Shown in pieces: positions 28,927 through 42,281 of a DNA stretch of 64,000 nucleotides; the stretch's first letter is position 1, and the number at the start of each line of letters is the position of its first letter. Under the pieces are notes generated by a model. That model ran no database searches. It saw only the letters and a list, made by a program, of their open reading frames with translations, and was not told the DNA's origin. Both the position numbers and the translations under genes were made by a program. Origin of the DNA: Micropepsaceae bacterium (GTDB lineage Bacteria; Pseudomonadota; Alphaproteobacteria; Micropepsales; Micropepsaceae); contig DATHDZ010000341.1 in assembly GCA_035318785.1 (NCBI GenBank), positions 15,577-79,576 of the forward strand. Reading direction: 5' to 3'.

Positions 28927-29295
28927 TTATTGCTTTGCCTTGGCTTGCCACAGTCCCATCACGGCACCGGTCGGGTCCTGGATGATCGAGAACGAACCCA
29001 TGCCCGGCACTTCCGAGACGTCGCGAATGATCTTGGCGTCCAAATTTTTCGCTTTTTTCGTCGCGGCCACGACATTGTCGACCAGCACATAGGGAACCCA
29101 GGCCGATGGCTGACCCGGCATCGGATGTTTCATCATGCCGCCGCCGGTTCCCTCGCCCACTTTGATCAGGGTGTAGGTCATACCGCCGTCCATCGGGACA
29201 TCTTCCAATTTCCAATCGAGCAGCGATCCATAGAAGGATTTCGCCTGCTTGACGTCGGTCGTGACAAGTTCGACATGCACAAAGGGATTTCCCAT
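28927..29295 (-). CDS. VOC (glyoxalase/bleomycin-resistance/dioxygenase) family protein
   Basis: MGNPFVHVELVTTDVKQAKSFYGSLLDWKLEDV...GGGMMKH...WVPYVLVDNVVAATKKAKNLDAKIIRDVSEVPGMGSFSIIQDPTGAVMGLWQ. GGAGG RBS before ATG 29295. Confidence 0.85.
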   Translation of the reverse strand: MGNPFVHVELVTTDVKQAKSFYGSLLDWKLEDVPMDGGMTYTLIKVGEGTGGGMMKHPMPGQPSAWVPYVLVDNVVAATKKAKNLDAKIIRDVSEVPGMGSFSIIQDPTGAVMGLWQAKAKQ

Positions 29296-29412
29296 GATTG
29301 CCTCCAACTGCTGACTGGAAACTGCGAAAACGCGAGCGACCATCGATTGTTCCGGTGACAATCGCGCGACAGCAAGGTTGTGTACGGCGTTCATCTTGCC
29401 GTAACCGCGCTC

Positions 29413-29429
29413 TTGGCATATTATGCCAA
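29413..29429. promoter_or_regulatory. 17-bp perfect palindrome TTGGCATA-T-TATGCCAA, candidate ParD autoregulatory operator
   Basis: Read directly. Ends 26 nt upstream of the parD ATG (29456). Confidence 0.45.
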
Positions 29430-29455
29430 TCCTCTCGTGGTCGCGGAATAGGTCT

Positions 29456-29755
29456 ATGCCAACTCGCAATATTGTCCTCACCGAGCGCCAATCCGAATTG
29501 GTCGAGCGACTTGTCGCTTCCGGCCGGTATCAGAACGCAAGTGAGGTGCTGCGTGAGGGACTTAGATTGATTGAAAGCCGCGATGCCGAGGAAAAAGCTC
29601 GGCTTAAAACATTACGCGAAGCGGCACGTATCGGCGTTGCCGATCTGGAAGCGGGCCGTTACGAAACCTTCGAAACAGCTGAAGCGCTCGAGGCACATGT
29701 CAAAGCGCTGATGGCTGGGGCGTCTGTGCGTATCCCATCACAGCGCGGCAGGTGA
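29456..29755 (+). CDS. parD: Type II antitoxin, ParD (CC2985/COG3609) family
   Basis: MPTRNIVLTERQSELVERLVASGRYQNASEVLREGLRLIE...LREAARIGVADLEAGRY is the characteristic RHH ParD sequence. Confidence 0.85.
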   Translation: MPTRNIVLTERQSELVERLVASGRYQNASEVLREGLRLIESRDAEEKARLKTLREAARIGVADLEAGRYETFETAEALEAHVKALMAGASVRIPSQRGR

Positions 29756-29777
29756 TAGTCAAAGGCAAGCTTGGCGG

Positions 29778-30113
29778 GTGCGGCTCGCCTCGGCAGCCCA
29801 GAACGACTTGCGAGAGATTGGTAATTGGACGGCTGAACATTTCGGCAGAGTTCAAGCTGAAACGTATGCAGAAACAATCGCTGAGGCGATAGCGGCGCTC
29901 ATTGACGGACCTGCCGTCATGGGGGTCAAAGAACGCAGCGATATCGCATCAGGAATGTTCTCGCTCCACGTCGCGCGCAAGAAGCGCAAAGGACGCCACT
30001 TCATTATCTTCAGGATCGACCAACTCGAAAATCGAGAGATCATTGAGATTCTGCGAATCCTCCATGATTCGATGGACCTTGCGAGACATCTGCCCCCCAG
30101 ATCTCAAGATTAA
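29778..30113 (+). CDS. parE: Type II toxin, ParE/RelE family
   Basis: (W)RVRLASAAQNDLREIGNWTAEHFGRVQAETYAETI...HFIIFRI...EIIEILRILHDSMDL is the ParE pattern. GTG is the first canonical start in the open frame, 23 nt after the parD stop. Confidence 0.8.
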   Translation: MRLASAAQNDLREIGNWTAEHFGRVQAETYAETIAEAIAALIDGPAVMGVKERSDIASGMFSLHVARKKRKGRHFIIFRIDQLENREIIEILRILHDSMDLARHLPPRSQD

Positions 30114-30146
30114 GGCGAAGTGCTGTCACATGGAATCACTCCTGTC

Positions 30147-30180
30147 ATGCCCGGCAAGCGCGAAGCGCGCGGAAGGGCAT
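30147..30180. repeat. REP-like GC-rich imperfect hairpin in the parE/gltD spacer
   Basis: ATGCCCggcaaGCGCGaagCGCGCggaaGGGCAT. The surrounding spacer translates to PGKREA.../...RLPGMTG-type pseudo-peptides, which I associate with Bradyrhizobiaceae-type intergenic repeats (memory only). Confidence 0.3.
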
Positions 30181-30322
30181 CCAGGCGGCGAAGAAAACAC
30201 TCGATCTTCACGAAATGGATTCTCCCCTCGCGGCATACCGCCGCTCGGCCGGGAAGGACAAATGTTTCCACTTGAATGGACGACGCTTTAGACCAGTAGC
30301 GTGGCGGGTCGTCAACCGCGCG

Positions 30323-31774
30323 TCAGCGCGGGAGGTCTGATGAACCCATCAGGAATTGATCGACCGCACGCGCGGCCTGGCGGCCTTCGCGGATCGCCCA
30401 CACCACGAGCGATTGCCCGCGTCGCATGTCGCCGCAGGAGAAGATTTTCTCGACCGTCGTTTGATAGTTGACGACGTTCGCCTTGACGTTGCCGCGCCCA
30501 TCCAATTCGACCCCCGCCTGGTCCAGAAGTCCGCGCTTGCGCGGGCCGACAAATCCCATGGCAAGAAGCACAAGATCGGCCTTCAGAGGAAAACCGCTTC
30601 CTTCCATCTCCTTCATCTGGAAACGGCCCGAAGTGTCTTTCACCCATTCGACGCGCACGCATTCGAGCGCCTCGATCCTCCCTTTGGCTCCGACCGCGCG
30701 TTTGGTCAGCACAGCCCAGTCACGGTCGCAGCCTTCCTCCTGCGAAGAGGACGTGCGCATCTTCAGCGGCCAATCGGGCCAGGTCAGCGCTTTGTTTTCC
30801 TTCTCTGGCGGCTGCGGCAAAATCTCGAGCTGCGTGATCGAAGCGGCACCCTGCCGGTTGGCGGTACCGATGCAGTCCGAACCCGTGTCGCCGCCCCCGA
30901 TGACAATGACATGCTTGTCCTTCGCCGTGATGGTACCGCGCGGCGCGGCGCGGGATTCATCATCACCCGCCACGCGCTTGTTCTGCTGCGTCAGATAATC
31001 CATAGCGAAATGGATACCGGTAAGCTCGCGGCCCTGCACCTCCAAGTCGCGCGGTGCTTCGGCGCCGCACGACATCACGATGGCGTCGTAGCTTTCCATC
31101 AGAGATTTCACCGAGATGGTCACGCCCACTTCGACACTGGGGCGGAACTCGACGCCTTCGGCTTCCATCTGGCGCATACGGCGGTCGATGTGCCGCTTCT
31201 CCATTTTGAAATCGGGAATGCCATAGCGCAGCAGCCCGCCGACCCGGTCGCTCTTCTCGAACAACGTCACCGCATGCCCGGCGCGCGCCAATTGTTGCGC
31301 GCACGCAAGCCCCGCGGGGCCAGAGCCAATCACCGCCACGCGCTTTCCGGTTTTCTTCGGCGGGAGATAGGGATGAATCCAGTTCTCCTCCCAGCCGCGG
31401 TCGACGATCTCGCATTCGATCGTCTTGATGGTCACCGGATTGTCGTCGATGTTCAGCGTACAGGACGCCTCGCAGGGCGCAGGACAGATGCGGCCGGTGA
31501 ATTCCGGGAAATTGTTGGTGGAATGCAGCGTTTCCAGCGCCACCTGCCACTGATCGCGATAGACGAGGTTGTTCCAGTCCGGGATCATGTTGTTGACCGG
31601 ACAGCCGGTGTGACAGAACGGAATGCCGCAATCCATGCAGCGTGCCGCCTGCGTCGCTACTTCCGCATAGGGCAGCGGCTTGACGAATTCCGTCCAGGTC
31701 TTCTTGCGTGACTCGGGCTTTTCATAGCCGCGGTCGTGGCGCGCGATTTCCATGAAGCCGGTCGGTTTACCCAT
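30323..31774 (-). CDS. gltD: Glutamate synthase (NADPH) small subunit
   Basis: [80 protein letters not shown]. Confidence 0.95.
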   Translation of the reverse strand: MGKPTGFMEIARHDRGYEKPESRKKTWTEFVKPLPYAEVATQAARCMDCGIPFCHTGCPVNNMIPDWNNLVYRDQWQVALETLHSTNNFPEFTGRICPAPCEASCTLNIDDNPVTIKTIECEIVDRGWEENWIHPYLPPKKTGKRVAVIGSGPAGLACAQQLARAGHAVTLFEKSDRVGGLLRYGIPDFKMEKRHIDRRMRQMEAEGVEFRPSVEVGVTISVKSLMESYDAIVMSCGAEAPRDLEVQGRELTGIHFAMDYLTQQNKRVAGDDESRAAPRGTITAKDKHVIVIGGGDTGSDCIGTANRQGAASITQLEILPQPPEKENKALTWPDWPLKMRTSSSQEEGCDRDWAVLTKRAVGAKGRIEALECVRVEWVKDTSGRFQMKEMEGSGFPLKADLVLLAMGFVGPRKRGLLDQAGVELDGRGNVKANVVNYQTTVEKIFSCGDMRRGQSLVVWAIREGRQAARAVDQFLMGSSDLPR

Positions 31775-31903
31775 GATTCAGCCAGACAATTTCAAGATTT
31801 GCGTTCGTCGGGAATGAAATTCCAGTAAGCCATCTTGTCTATCGGCTTTCCGGCAACCGGTTCAAGGAAATCCTGCCGCGGCATAAGGACGGACGCGCGG
31901 CCA

Positions 31904-36538
<4,635 letters not shown>

Positions 36539-36661
36539 TCAAACAATCCCAATTGTATCCGGCCGGGAGGCCTTTCCAACCTCGCGACCTAGCAGGCTCT
36601 TCAACCTACCGCAATGCAACAACTTAGCTCATGAGGCGACCGCTGCAAGCGGCGCTTTTGC

Positions 36662-37906
36662 CTAATCCTGAAGCGCCTCGCGGTGCAGCTCCAGCGAGCG
36701 CCCCATGGCAAGATACGCGAGGGTCGCCACGAGCGGTGGGATGGCGGCAAACAGGAAGATGGTGCGGATGTCCACATGGGTCGAAAGCAATATGCCGCCG
36801 ACCACGGGACCGACGATCGAACCGATTCGTCCCACGGCCAACGCCCAGCCGACGCCGGTGGCCCGAATCGATGTGGGATAGAATTTCGCCGCGACACCAT
36901 TGTTGCAGTTCTGCGCGCCGACCGTGCCGATGCCGATGCCGAACGCCATCACCATGGTAAAGGCGACCGCCGAGCCGGCCAGACCGATGCCGGCGATGCA
37001 AAGTGCGGCGATGATGAAGGCGACGGGCAGAACGCGCTGCGGGCCGTAGCGATCCACCAGCGGACCCATGGCGAAAGCGGCGGCGACGCCCGCGAACTGG
37101 ACCACCGCGGTCGCGATCACGGCGTAATATTCCGCAACGCCCTGGGCCCCGATGGTCGTTGGAAGCCAGCTGGTGAGGAAGAAGAGCTCCATCAGATTGG
37201 CGAAGAAGATGATCCACAGCAGGATCGTGATCCGTGCCCGTCCCTCGCTGAACAGGCGGCCGACGGGGATTTTCGGCTTGGATTCGCCCTGTGGCACGTA
37301 AGATTCGGGCATGGCGACGACGAGAACCGGCCATAGGACCAGGGCCAGGCCACCGCAGAAGATAAGCACCGATCCCCAGCCATAGGCCGGGATGAGCCAG
37401 GCCGCGATGATCCCGCCGAAACCCGCACCGATGGAATAGAAGGAGAACATGGCGGCGACCGCAGAGGCACGCTTGGCGTTGGGGCTGAACTCGGCGGTGA
37501 TGGCAATGGCGTTCGGCATGGCGCCGCCGAGGCCAAAGCCCGTGAGGAGCCGAAGCACGATCAGGGCCGGCAACGTTTCTACGAATGCCGTGGCAATCGT
37601 CAGGATGGCGAAAGCAATGACCGAATATAGCACGACGCGCCGGCGGCCATAGGAATCCGCAAGCGGCGCGATCAAGAACCCGCCAAACATCATGCCGACG
37701 AGCCCGGCGGCAATCGCCAGCGTGAGGGAGCCAGGTGCCACCCCCCAATCCCTCGCGATGCCAGGCACCACATAACCCATGAGCTGGGCGTCATAGCCCT
37801 CGACGAACATGGTCGCGGCACAAAGCGTGAGGGCCACCCAGCGAAGGCGCCTGCGGGGCTCTGCGGCGGGCACGGCTTCGGCAATTGTGGCGTTGGACAC
37901 GGGCAC
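36662..37906 (-). CDS. MFS transporter, aromatic acid:H+ symporter (AAHS/PcaK-like) family
   Basis: 12-TM pattern. GYDAQLMGYVVPGI, ADSYGRRRVVL, LRLLTGFGLGGAMPN motifs. An alternative GTG at 37900 has better spacing from the AAGGAGG RBS. Confidence 0.9.
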   Translation of the reverse strand: MPVSNATIAEAVPAAEPRRRLRWVALTLCAATMFVEGYDAQLMGYVVPGIARDWGVAPGSLTLAIAAGLVGMMFGGFLIAPLADSYGRRRVVLYSVIAFAILTIATAFVETLPALIVLRLLTGFGLGGAMPNAIAITAEFSPNAKRASAVAAMFSFYSIGAGFGGIIAAWLIPAYGWGSVLIFCGGLALVLWPVLVVAMPESYVPQGESKPKIPVGRLFSEGRARITILLWIIFFANLMELFFLTSWLPTTIGAQGVAEYYAVIATAVVQFAGVAAAFAMGPLVDRYGPQRVLPVAFIIAALCIAGIGLAGSAVAFTMVMAFGIGIGTVGAQNCNNGVAAKFYPTSIRATGVGWALAVGRIGSIVGPVVGGILLSTHVDIRTIFLFAAIPPLVATLAYLAMGRSLELHREALQD

Positions 37907-37933
37907 CCCTCCTTACGGGTGCCGGCCGCCGCT

Positions 37934-39361
37934 CTATTCGGCCGCGCTCCGGTAACCCGACACTTGCCAGCCGTCATCCGGCTTGAGGCGCCGGAACCCT
38001 ATCGCCGAAGTCGCCATTAGCAAAGCGATGGTGATGAAGACGATTCGGAAATCCCCGACCGTGATCGGCCCCAAGCCCGACAAGACGGCGAGGAGGCTGG
38101 CGCTGATCCCGACCCCGAGGCTCTGCGCCAATCTCTGAGCCAGAGCAAATATGCTGGTGGCCTTGGACATCTCCTCGGGCGGCACATCGGAATATGCCAG
38201 CGCGCCCATCCCGATCATCTGCCCGGAGCGCAGCACGCCGAACGTGAAGAGATAGACCGCGATGAGGATATGCGGCGTTGTTGCCTCGAACAGGGCGAAA
38301 CCGGCCATGAGCAGCGAACTCAGGGTCAGGCCGGCCAGAAACACGGCGCGAAAGCCGAAACGTTTCACCAGATGCGAGACCCAGACGCGCATGCTCATGG
38401 CGCCGGCGGTATTCAGAAAGGTGAGCAGGCCGGACTGAAACGGGTTGAGACCAAAGCCAACCTGCAGCAAAAGCGGCATCAGGAAGGGCACGGTCGCGAT
38501 GCCTGCCCGGATCACATTGCCCGCGAGGACGGCCACGGAAAATGTCCGTCCTCGAAACATGCGCAAATCCAGCACCGGATTGGGGTGGCGGGCGGCATAG
38601 AAGGAATAACCGGCGAGGATCGAGGCGGCGCCTGCGAGAAGCAGCGTCTCGGTCACCGCATCGAGCGTGTGGCGGCCGAGATTTTCGATGGCGAACTGCC
38701 CGATTCCAAGGCCGACCGCGATGATGAGGAATCCGGGAATGTCGAAGGCCGAGGGTCGCGGCATGCGGACGTCGGGAATGAATTTCAGCGCCAGCGCGAT
38801 CCCGATGAAACCGATCGGCACATTGATGAAGAAATTCCAGTGCCATGAGAAATAGGTGGTGATGAACCCGCCCACCAGGGGCCCCATCGTCGGGCCCAGC
38901 ATGCCGGGAAGCATGTAATAGCTCATCGCCTTCATGAGCTGATCCTTCGGGAACGTGCGTGTCAGGATCAGGCGGCCGACCGGCGTCATCATGGCGCCGC
39001 CGAAGCCCTGCACGATCCGGCTCATCACCAGGGCAGACAATGTTTCCGACAGTCCACACAACACCGAGCCCAAGGTGAAGAAGCCGATGGCGCTGCAGAA
39101 AACGAAGCGCGCCCCGAACCGGTCGGCGATCCAGCCGCTGATCGGAATGAAGATCGCGAGGCTGATCAGATAGGAGGTGATCGCCGCACTCATCTGGGAC
39201 GGCGACACCTGGAAGCTCGCCGCCATTTGCGGCAGCGAGGTCGAGATGATGGAGGAATCCAGGCCGTCCATGAAAAAGGCGCCGGCGATGACCGTAGGTA
39301 CGATCCGCGACATTTGCGCGCTGGGCGGTTCGGTACGTCCTGAATCCAATTCCGTGACCAA
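37934..39361 (-). CDS. MFS transporter, DHA2 (EmrB/QacA, 14-TMS) family
   Basis: FMDGLDSSIISTSLPQM, GWIADRFGARFVF, RIVQGFGGAMMTPVGRLIL. About 14 hydrophobic segments. Start uncertain (TTG 39361 or ATG 39313). Confidence 0.9.
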   Translation of the reverse strand: MVTELDSGRTEPPSAQMSRIVPTVIAGAFFMDGLDSSIISTSLPQMAASFQVSPSQMSAAITSYLISLAIFIPISGWIADRFGARFVFCSAIGFFTLGSVLCGLSETLSALVMSRIVQGFGGAMMTPVGRLILTRTFPKDQLMKAMSYYMLPGMLGPTMGPLVGGFITTYFSWHWNFFINVPIGFIGIALALKFIPDVRMPRPSAFDIPGFLIIAVGLGIGQFAIENLGRHTLDAVTETLLLAGAASILAGYSFYAARHPNPVLDLRMFRGRTFSVAVLAGNVIRAGIATVPFLMPLLLQVGFGLNPFQSGLLTFLNTAGAMSMRVWVSHLVKRFGFRAVFLAGLTLSSLLMAGFALFEATTPHILIAVYLFTFGVLRSGQMIGMGALAYSDVPPEEMSKATSIFALAQRLAQSLGVGISASLLAVLSGLGPITVGDFRIVFITIALLMATSAIGFRRLKPDDGWQVSGYRSAAE

Positions 39362-39538
39362 TAAGGATGAGCGGTCTATGCGGCGCCGATGCGCCTTCCG
39401 TCAAGCAGCGCGCACAACCGAAAGCCGCGGTGTGGCCGTTTGCCCTTCAACATCGGGTCAGACGGCGTCATATAGGCTTGAATAGAGCGTGGCTGCGCGG
39501 CAGAACGTACCCGCCCACATAACGGCCAGGAAGACGGC

Positions 39539-40504
39539 TTGTCGGAAAGCTCCAATATCCCGCCCGAATCGATCGAGGTCGTGCTCACGAGCGTGCGCAT
39601 GGCGGCGCGGGACACCAATCTCTACACCTTCGAGCGGCCTGATCGCGGACCGCTGCCGGGCGCCGAGCCGGGGTCCCATATCGGCGTCATCCTGGCAAAC
39701 GGAATCGAGCGGCAATATTCCCTTCTTCATGCCGGGCCGGAGCTCTCGGAATATACGGTCGGGGTGAAGCGCGACGCGAACAGCCGCGGCGGTTCGCTCT
39801 ACATGCACGATCAGCTGCGAGTCGGTTCGAAGATTTTCATCGTGCCGCCGCGCAACAATTTCCCGCTGAAGGAAGATGCCCAGATGGTCGTGCTGCTGGC
39901 CGGCGGCATAGGCATCACGCCGATCTATTGCATGGTCAAACGGCTGATCGCGAAAACGCGGCCCTGGGCGCTTTACTATTCCTGCCGTTCGCGGATGGAC
40001 GCGGCGTTCTTCGGCGAACTGTCGCAATATCAGGAGGCGCATTTTCATTTCGACGACGAGGAAGAGGGGCGCTTTCTGAACGTCGCGGCCATCGTCGAAA
40101 ACCTGCCGAAACACGCCCATCTCTATTGCTGCGGTCCGGCCCCCATGCTCGCCGGTTTCGAGGCGGCGACGGCGCATTGGCCGCCCGAGCAGATCCATGT
40201 CGAATATTTCACGCCGAAATTCGCCGCCGCACAGGGAGGCGGTTATGTCGTGGAGCTCGCGCGCTCAAAACGCGAGCTGACCATTCCGCCCGGAAAATCC
40301 ATCCTGCAGGCGGTGCGCGAAGCCGGCATCCAGGTACCGCATTCCTGCGAGGAAGGCGTGTGCGGCGCCTGCGAGACGCGCGTGATCTCCGGCATCCCCG
40401 ATCATCGCGACACCATCCTGACCGAGCAGGAGCGCAAAGAGAGCGCAACCATGATGATCTGCTGCTCCGGCTCCAAGAGCCCGCGCCTCGTTCTCGACAT
40501 TTGA
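39539..40504 (+). CDS. PDR/VanB-family oxidoreductase (FMN + NAD + plant-type [2Fe-2S]; phthalate dioxygenase reductase-like)
   Basis: RQYSL (flavin-binding), LLAGGIGITPI (NAD), C-terminal CEEGVCGACETRV...MMICCS ferredoxin cysteines. TTG start. Confidence 0.9.
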   Translation: MSESSNIPPESIEVVLTSVRMAARDTNLYTFERPDRGPLPGAEPGSHIGVILANGIERQYSLLHAGPELSEYTVGVKRDANSRGGSLYMHDQLRVGSKIFIVPPRNNFPLKEDAQMVVLLAGGIGITPIYCMVKRLIAKTRPWALYYSCRSRMDAAFFGELSQYQEAHFHFDDEEEGRFLNVAAIVENLPKHAHLYCCGPAPMLAGFEAATAHWPPEQIHVEYFTPKFAAAQGGGYVVELARSKRELTIPPGKSILQAVREAGIQVPHSCEEGVCGACETRVISGIPDHRDTILTEQERKESATMMICCSGSKSPRLVLDI

Positions 40505-40513
40505 GGAGCCGCG

Positions 40514-41191
40514 TTGTCCGAAGACACCCAGATCGATCCCAAAGACGCCGTGCGACGCTTGCGGCGTCTGGATTGCTGCGCGGTTTCCGATGCGCTCGAT
40601 CGGCTGAAGCTCGGCAGCGTGGTGAGCGGCGTACCTCAGCAATCGGGCGACACCCGCATTGCGGGGCGCGCTGTCACGGTGAAGCTCGGCATAGGCACCG
40701 GACCCAAAGGCCCGCCTCGTCATCTTGGCACCGCTGCCGTGGATCGGGCCGGGCCCGACGATGTCATCGTCGTCGAGCAACGCTCGGGCATCGAAGCGGG
40801 TAGCTGGGGTGGCCTGCTTACGCTTGGCGCCAAGCTCCGGGGCGTCGCGGGAGTCGTCTGCGACGGGCCGGTACGGGACATCGATGAGGCGCGCGCGCAG
40901 GGCTTTGCGATTTTCGCGCGCTCACTGACAGCCAGGACCGCGCGCGGCCGGATCGTCGAACTCGGCACCAATGTGCCCGTTCTATTTGAAACCGTAAAAG
41001 TCGAGCCGGGCGATTACGTCATCGCGGATCGGAGCGCGGTGATCTTCATCGCCGCCGCCTACATCGCGCGCGTGCTCGATGCCGCCGAAACCATCGCCGC
41101 CAAGGAAGCCGCCATGGCCAAGGCGCTGATGGCAGGCGAACCCATCAGTCAGGTGATGGCCGCCGATTACGAACACATGCTGACGCGCTGA
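40514..41191 (+). CDS. RraA-family protein / class II 4-hydroxy-4-methyl-2-oxoglutarate (LigK-type) aldolase-like
   Basis: CCAVSDALDRL, GRAVTVK, GSWGGLLTLGAKLRGVAGVVCDGPVRDIDE, GDYVIADRSAVIFI. 225 aa, the size of LigK/ProA-type aldolases. Confidence 0.8.
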   Translation: MSEDTQIDPKDAVRRLRRLDCCAVSDALDRLKLGSVVSGVPQQSGDTRIAGRAVTVKLGIGTGPKGPPRHLGTAAVDRAGPDDVIVVEQRSGIEAGSWGGLLTLGAKLRGVAGVVCDGPVRDIDEARAQGFAIFARSLTARTARGRIVELGTNVPVLFETVKVEPGDYVIADRSAVIFIAAAYIARVLDAAETIAAKEAAMAKALMAGEPISQVMAADYEHMLTR

Positions 41192-41228
41192 ACGATACCG
41201 CTATCATAAGCAAAACCCGAGGGGACCC

Positions 41229-42215
41229 ATGTCGCAATTGAACCTTTCCATCGCCACCACGGATTACGATCACTTCCGCGATTTCCGATTGGGCTTCGTC
41301 AAAGCCGAGGGGATCGACCACACCTGGCTCAATCTCGGCCATCACGAATGTTTCGCGCGCTTCACCGCGAATCGCGAATTCGATCTGTCGGAATTGTCTT
41401 TCGCCAAATTCTCGACCCAGGTAACTCGCGCGGATTCCGACATTATCGGCCTTCCGGTGATCTGCTCGCGGCTGTTTCGCTTCAGCTCGTTCTACGTCAA
41501 CAAGAAGAGCGGCATCAAAAGCGCGAGCGATCTGAAGGGCAAGAAAGTCGGCTCGCCGGAATGGGCGCATTCGGCAGCGGTCTATATGCGCGGCTGGCTG
41601 CACAATGAGATGGACGTGAAACTTACCGATGTCCACTGGTACCAGGCAGGCGCCAATGCGCCGGGGCGCGAGGAGAAAGTGGAGCTCAATCTGCCCAAGG
41701 GGCTGAAGCTCACGCGCGTCGCCGACAAATCCTTGAGCGAGATGCTTGCCGCGAACGAAATCGACTGCGCCATCATCGCCCGCCCGCCGACCTGTTTCCT
41801 GGAGGACCATCCCGATGTGGTGCGCCTCTTCCCGAATTATCTGGAGATGGAAGAGGAATATTACGAGCGCACCAAAGTGTGGCCGATCATGCATATCATC
41901 GCGATGAAAAAATCGATCCTCGACGAGCATCCCTGGGCGGCGCGCAATCTCTACAACGCATTCCTGGAATCCAAACGCCGCAGCATCGAGCGCATTCTCG
42001 ATCCCGCCGTATCGCGCTATCCGGTGCCGTGGCTGACCACCTATGCGCGCAAGATGCGCGACCGGTTCGGCGATCTGTATCCCTATGGCATCGAAGAGAA
42101 CCGGCCGACCTGGGAGCAGATGGCGCTCTATACGTTTCAGCAGGGCATCGCCCACCGGCAGTTCAAGCCGGAGGAAATCTTCCCCAAAGGCATCATGACC
42201 AAAGTCGTGATCTGA
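41229..42215 (+). CDS. 4,5-dihydroxyphthalate decarboxylase-like (PhtD/NMT1 SBP-fold) protein, paralog 2
   Basis: MSQLNLSIATTDYDHFRDFRLGFVKAEGIDHTWLNLGHHECFARFTANREFDLSELSFAKF matches my memory of PhtD-annotated N-termini. No signal peptide. Confidence 0.75.
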   Translation: MSQLNLSIATTDYDHFRDFRLGFVKAEGIDHTWLNLGHHECFARFTANREFDLSELSFAKFSTQVTRADSDIIGLPVICSRLFRFSSFYVNKKSGIKSASDLKGKKVGSPEWAHSAAVYMRGWLHNEMDVKLTDVHWYQAGANAPGREEKVELNLPKGLKLTRVADKSLSEMLAANEIDCAIIARPPTCFLEDHPDVVRLFPNYLEMEEEYYERTKVWPIMHIIAMKKSILDEHPWAARNLYNAFLESKRRSIERILDPAVSRYPVPWLTTYARKMRDRFGDLYPYGIEENRPTWEQMALYTFQQGIAHRQFKPEEIFPKGIMTKVVI

Positions 42216-42281
42216 TGGAGTCTTGCTTCGACGAGAATGGACAAGCTAACCCATGTCATTCGCGCGAACGCGACGGCGCCT

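Noticed and set aside
36636-36659. Hairpin GCGaCCGCT-gca-AGCGGCGC followed by TTTT, 2 nt from the MFS stop codon.
   Set aside because: The U-run is on the plus strand, where no gene ends. On the coding (minus) strand the hairpin lacks a U-tract. It could be a weak or inverted terminator, but the evidence is too thin to annotate.
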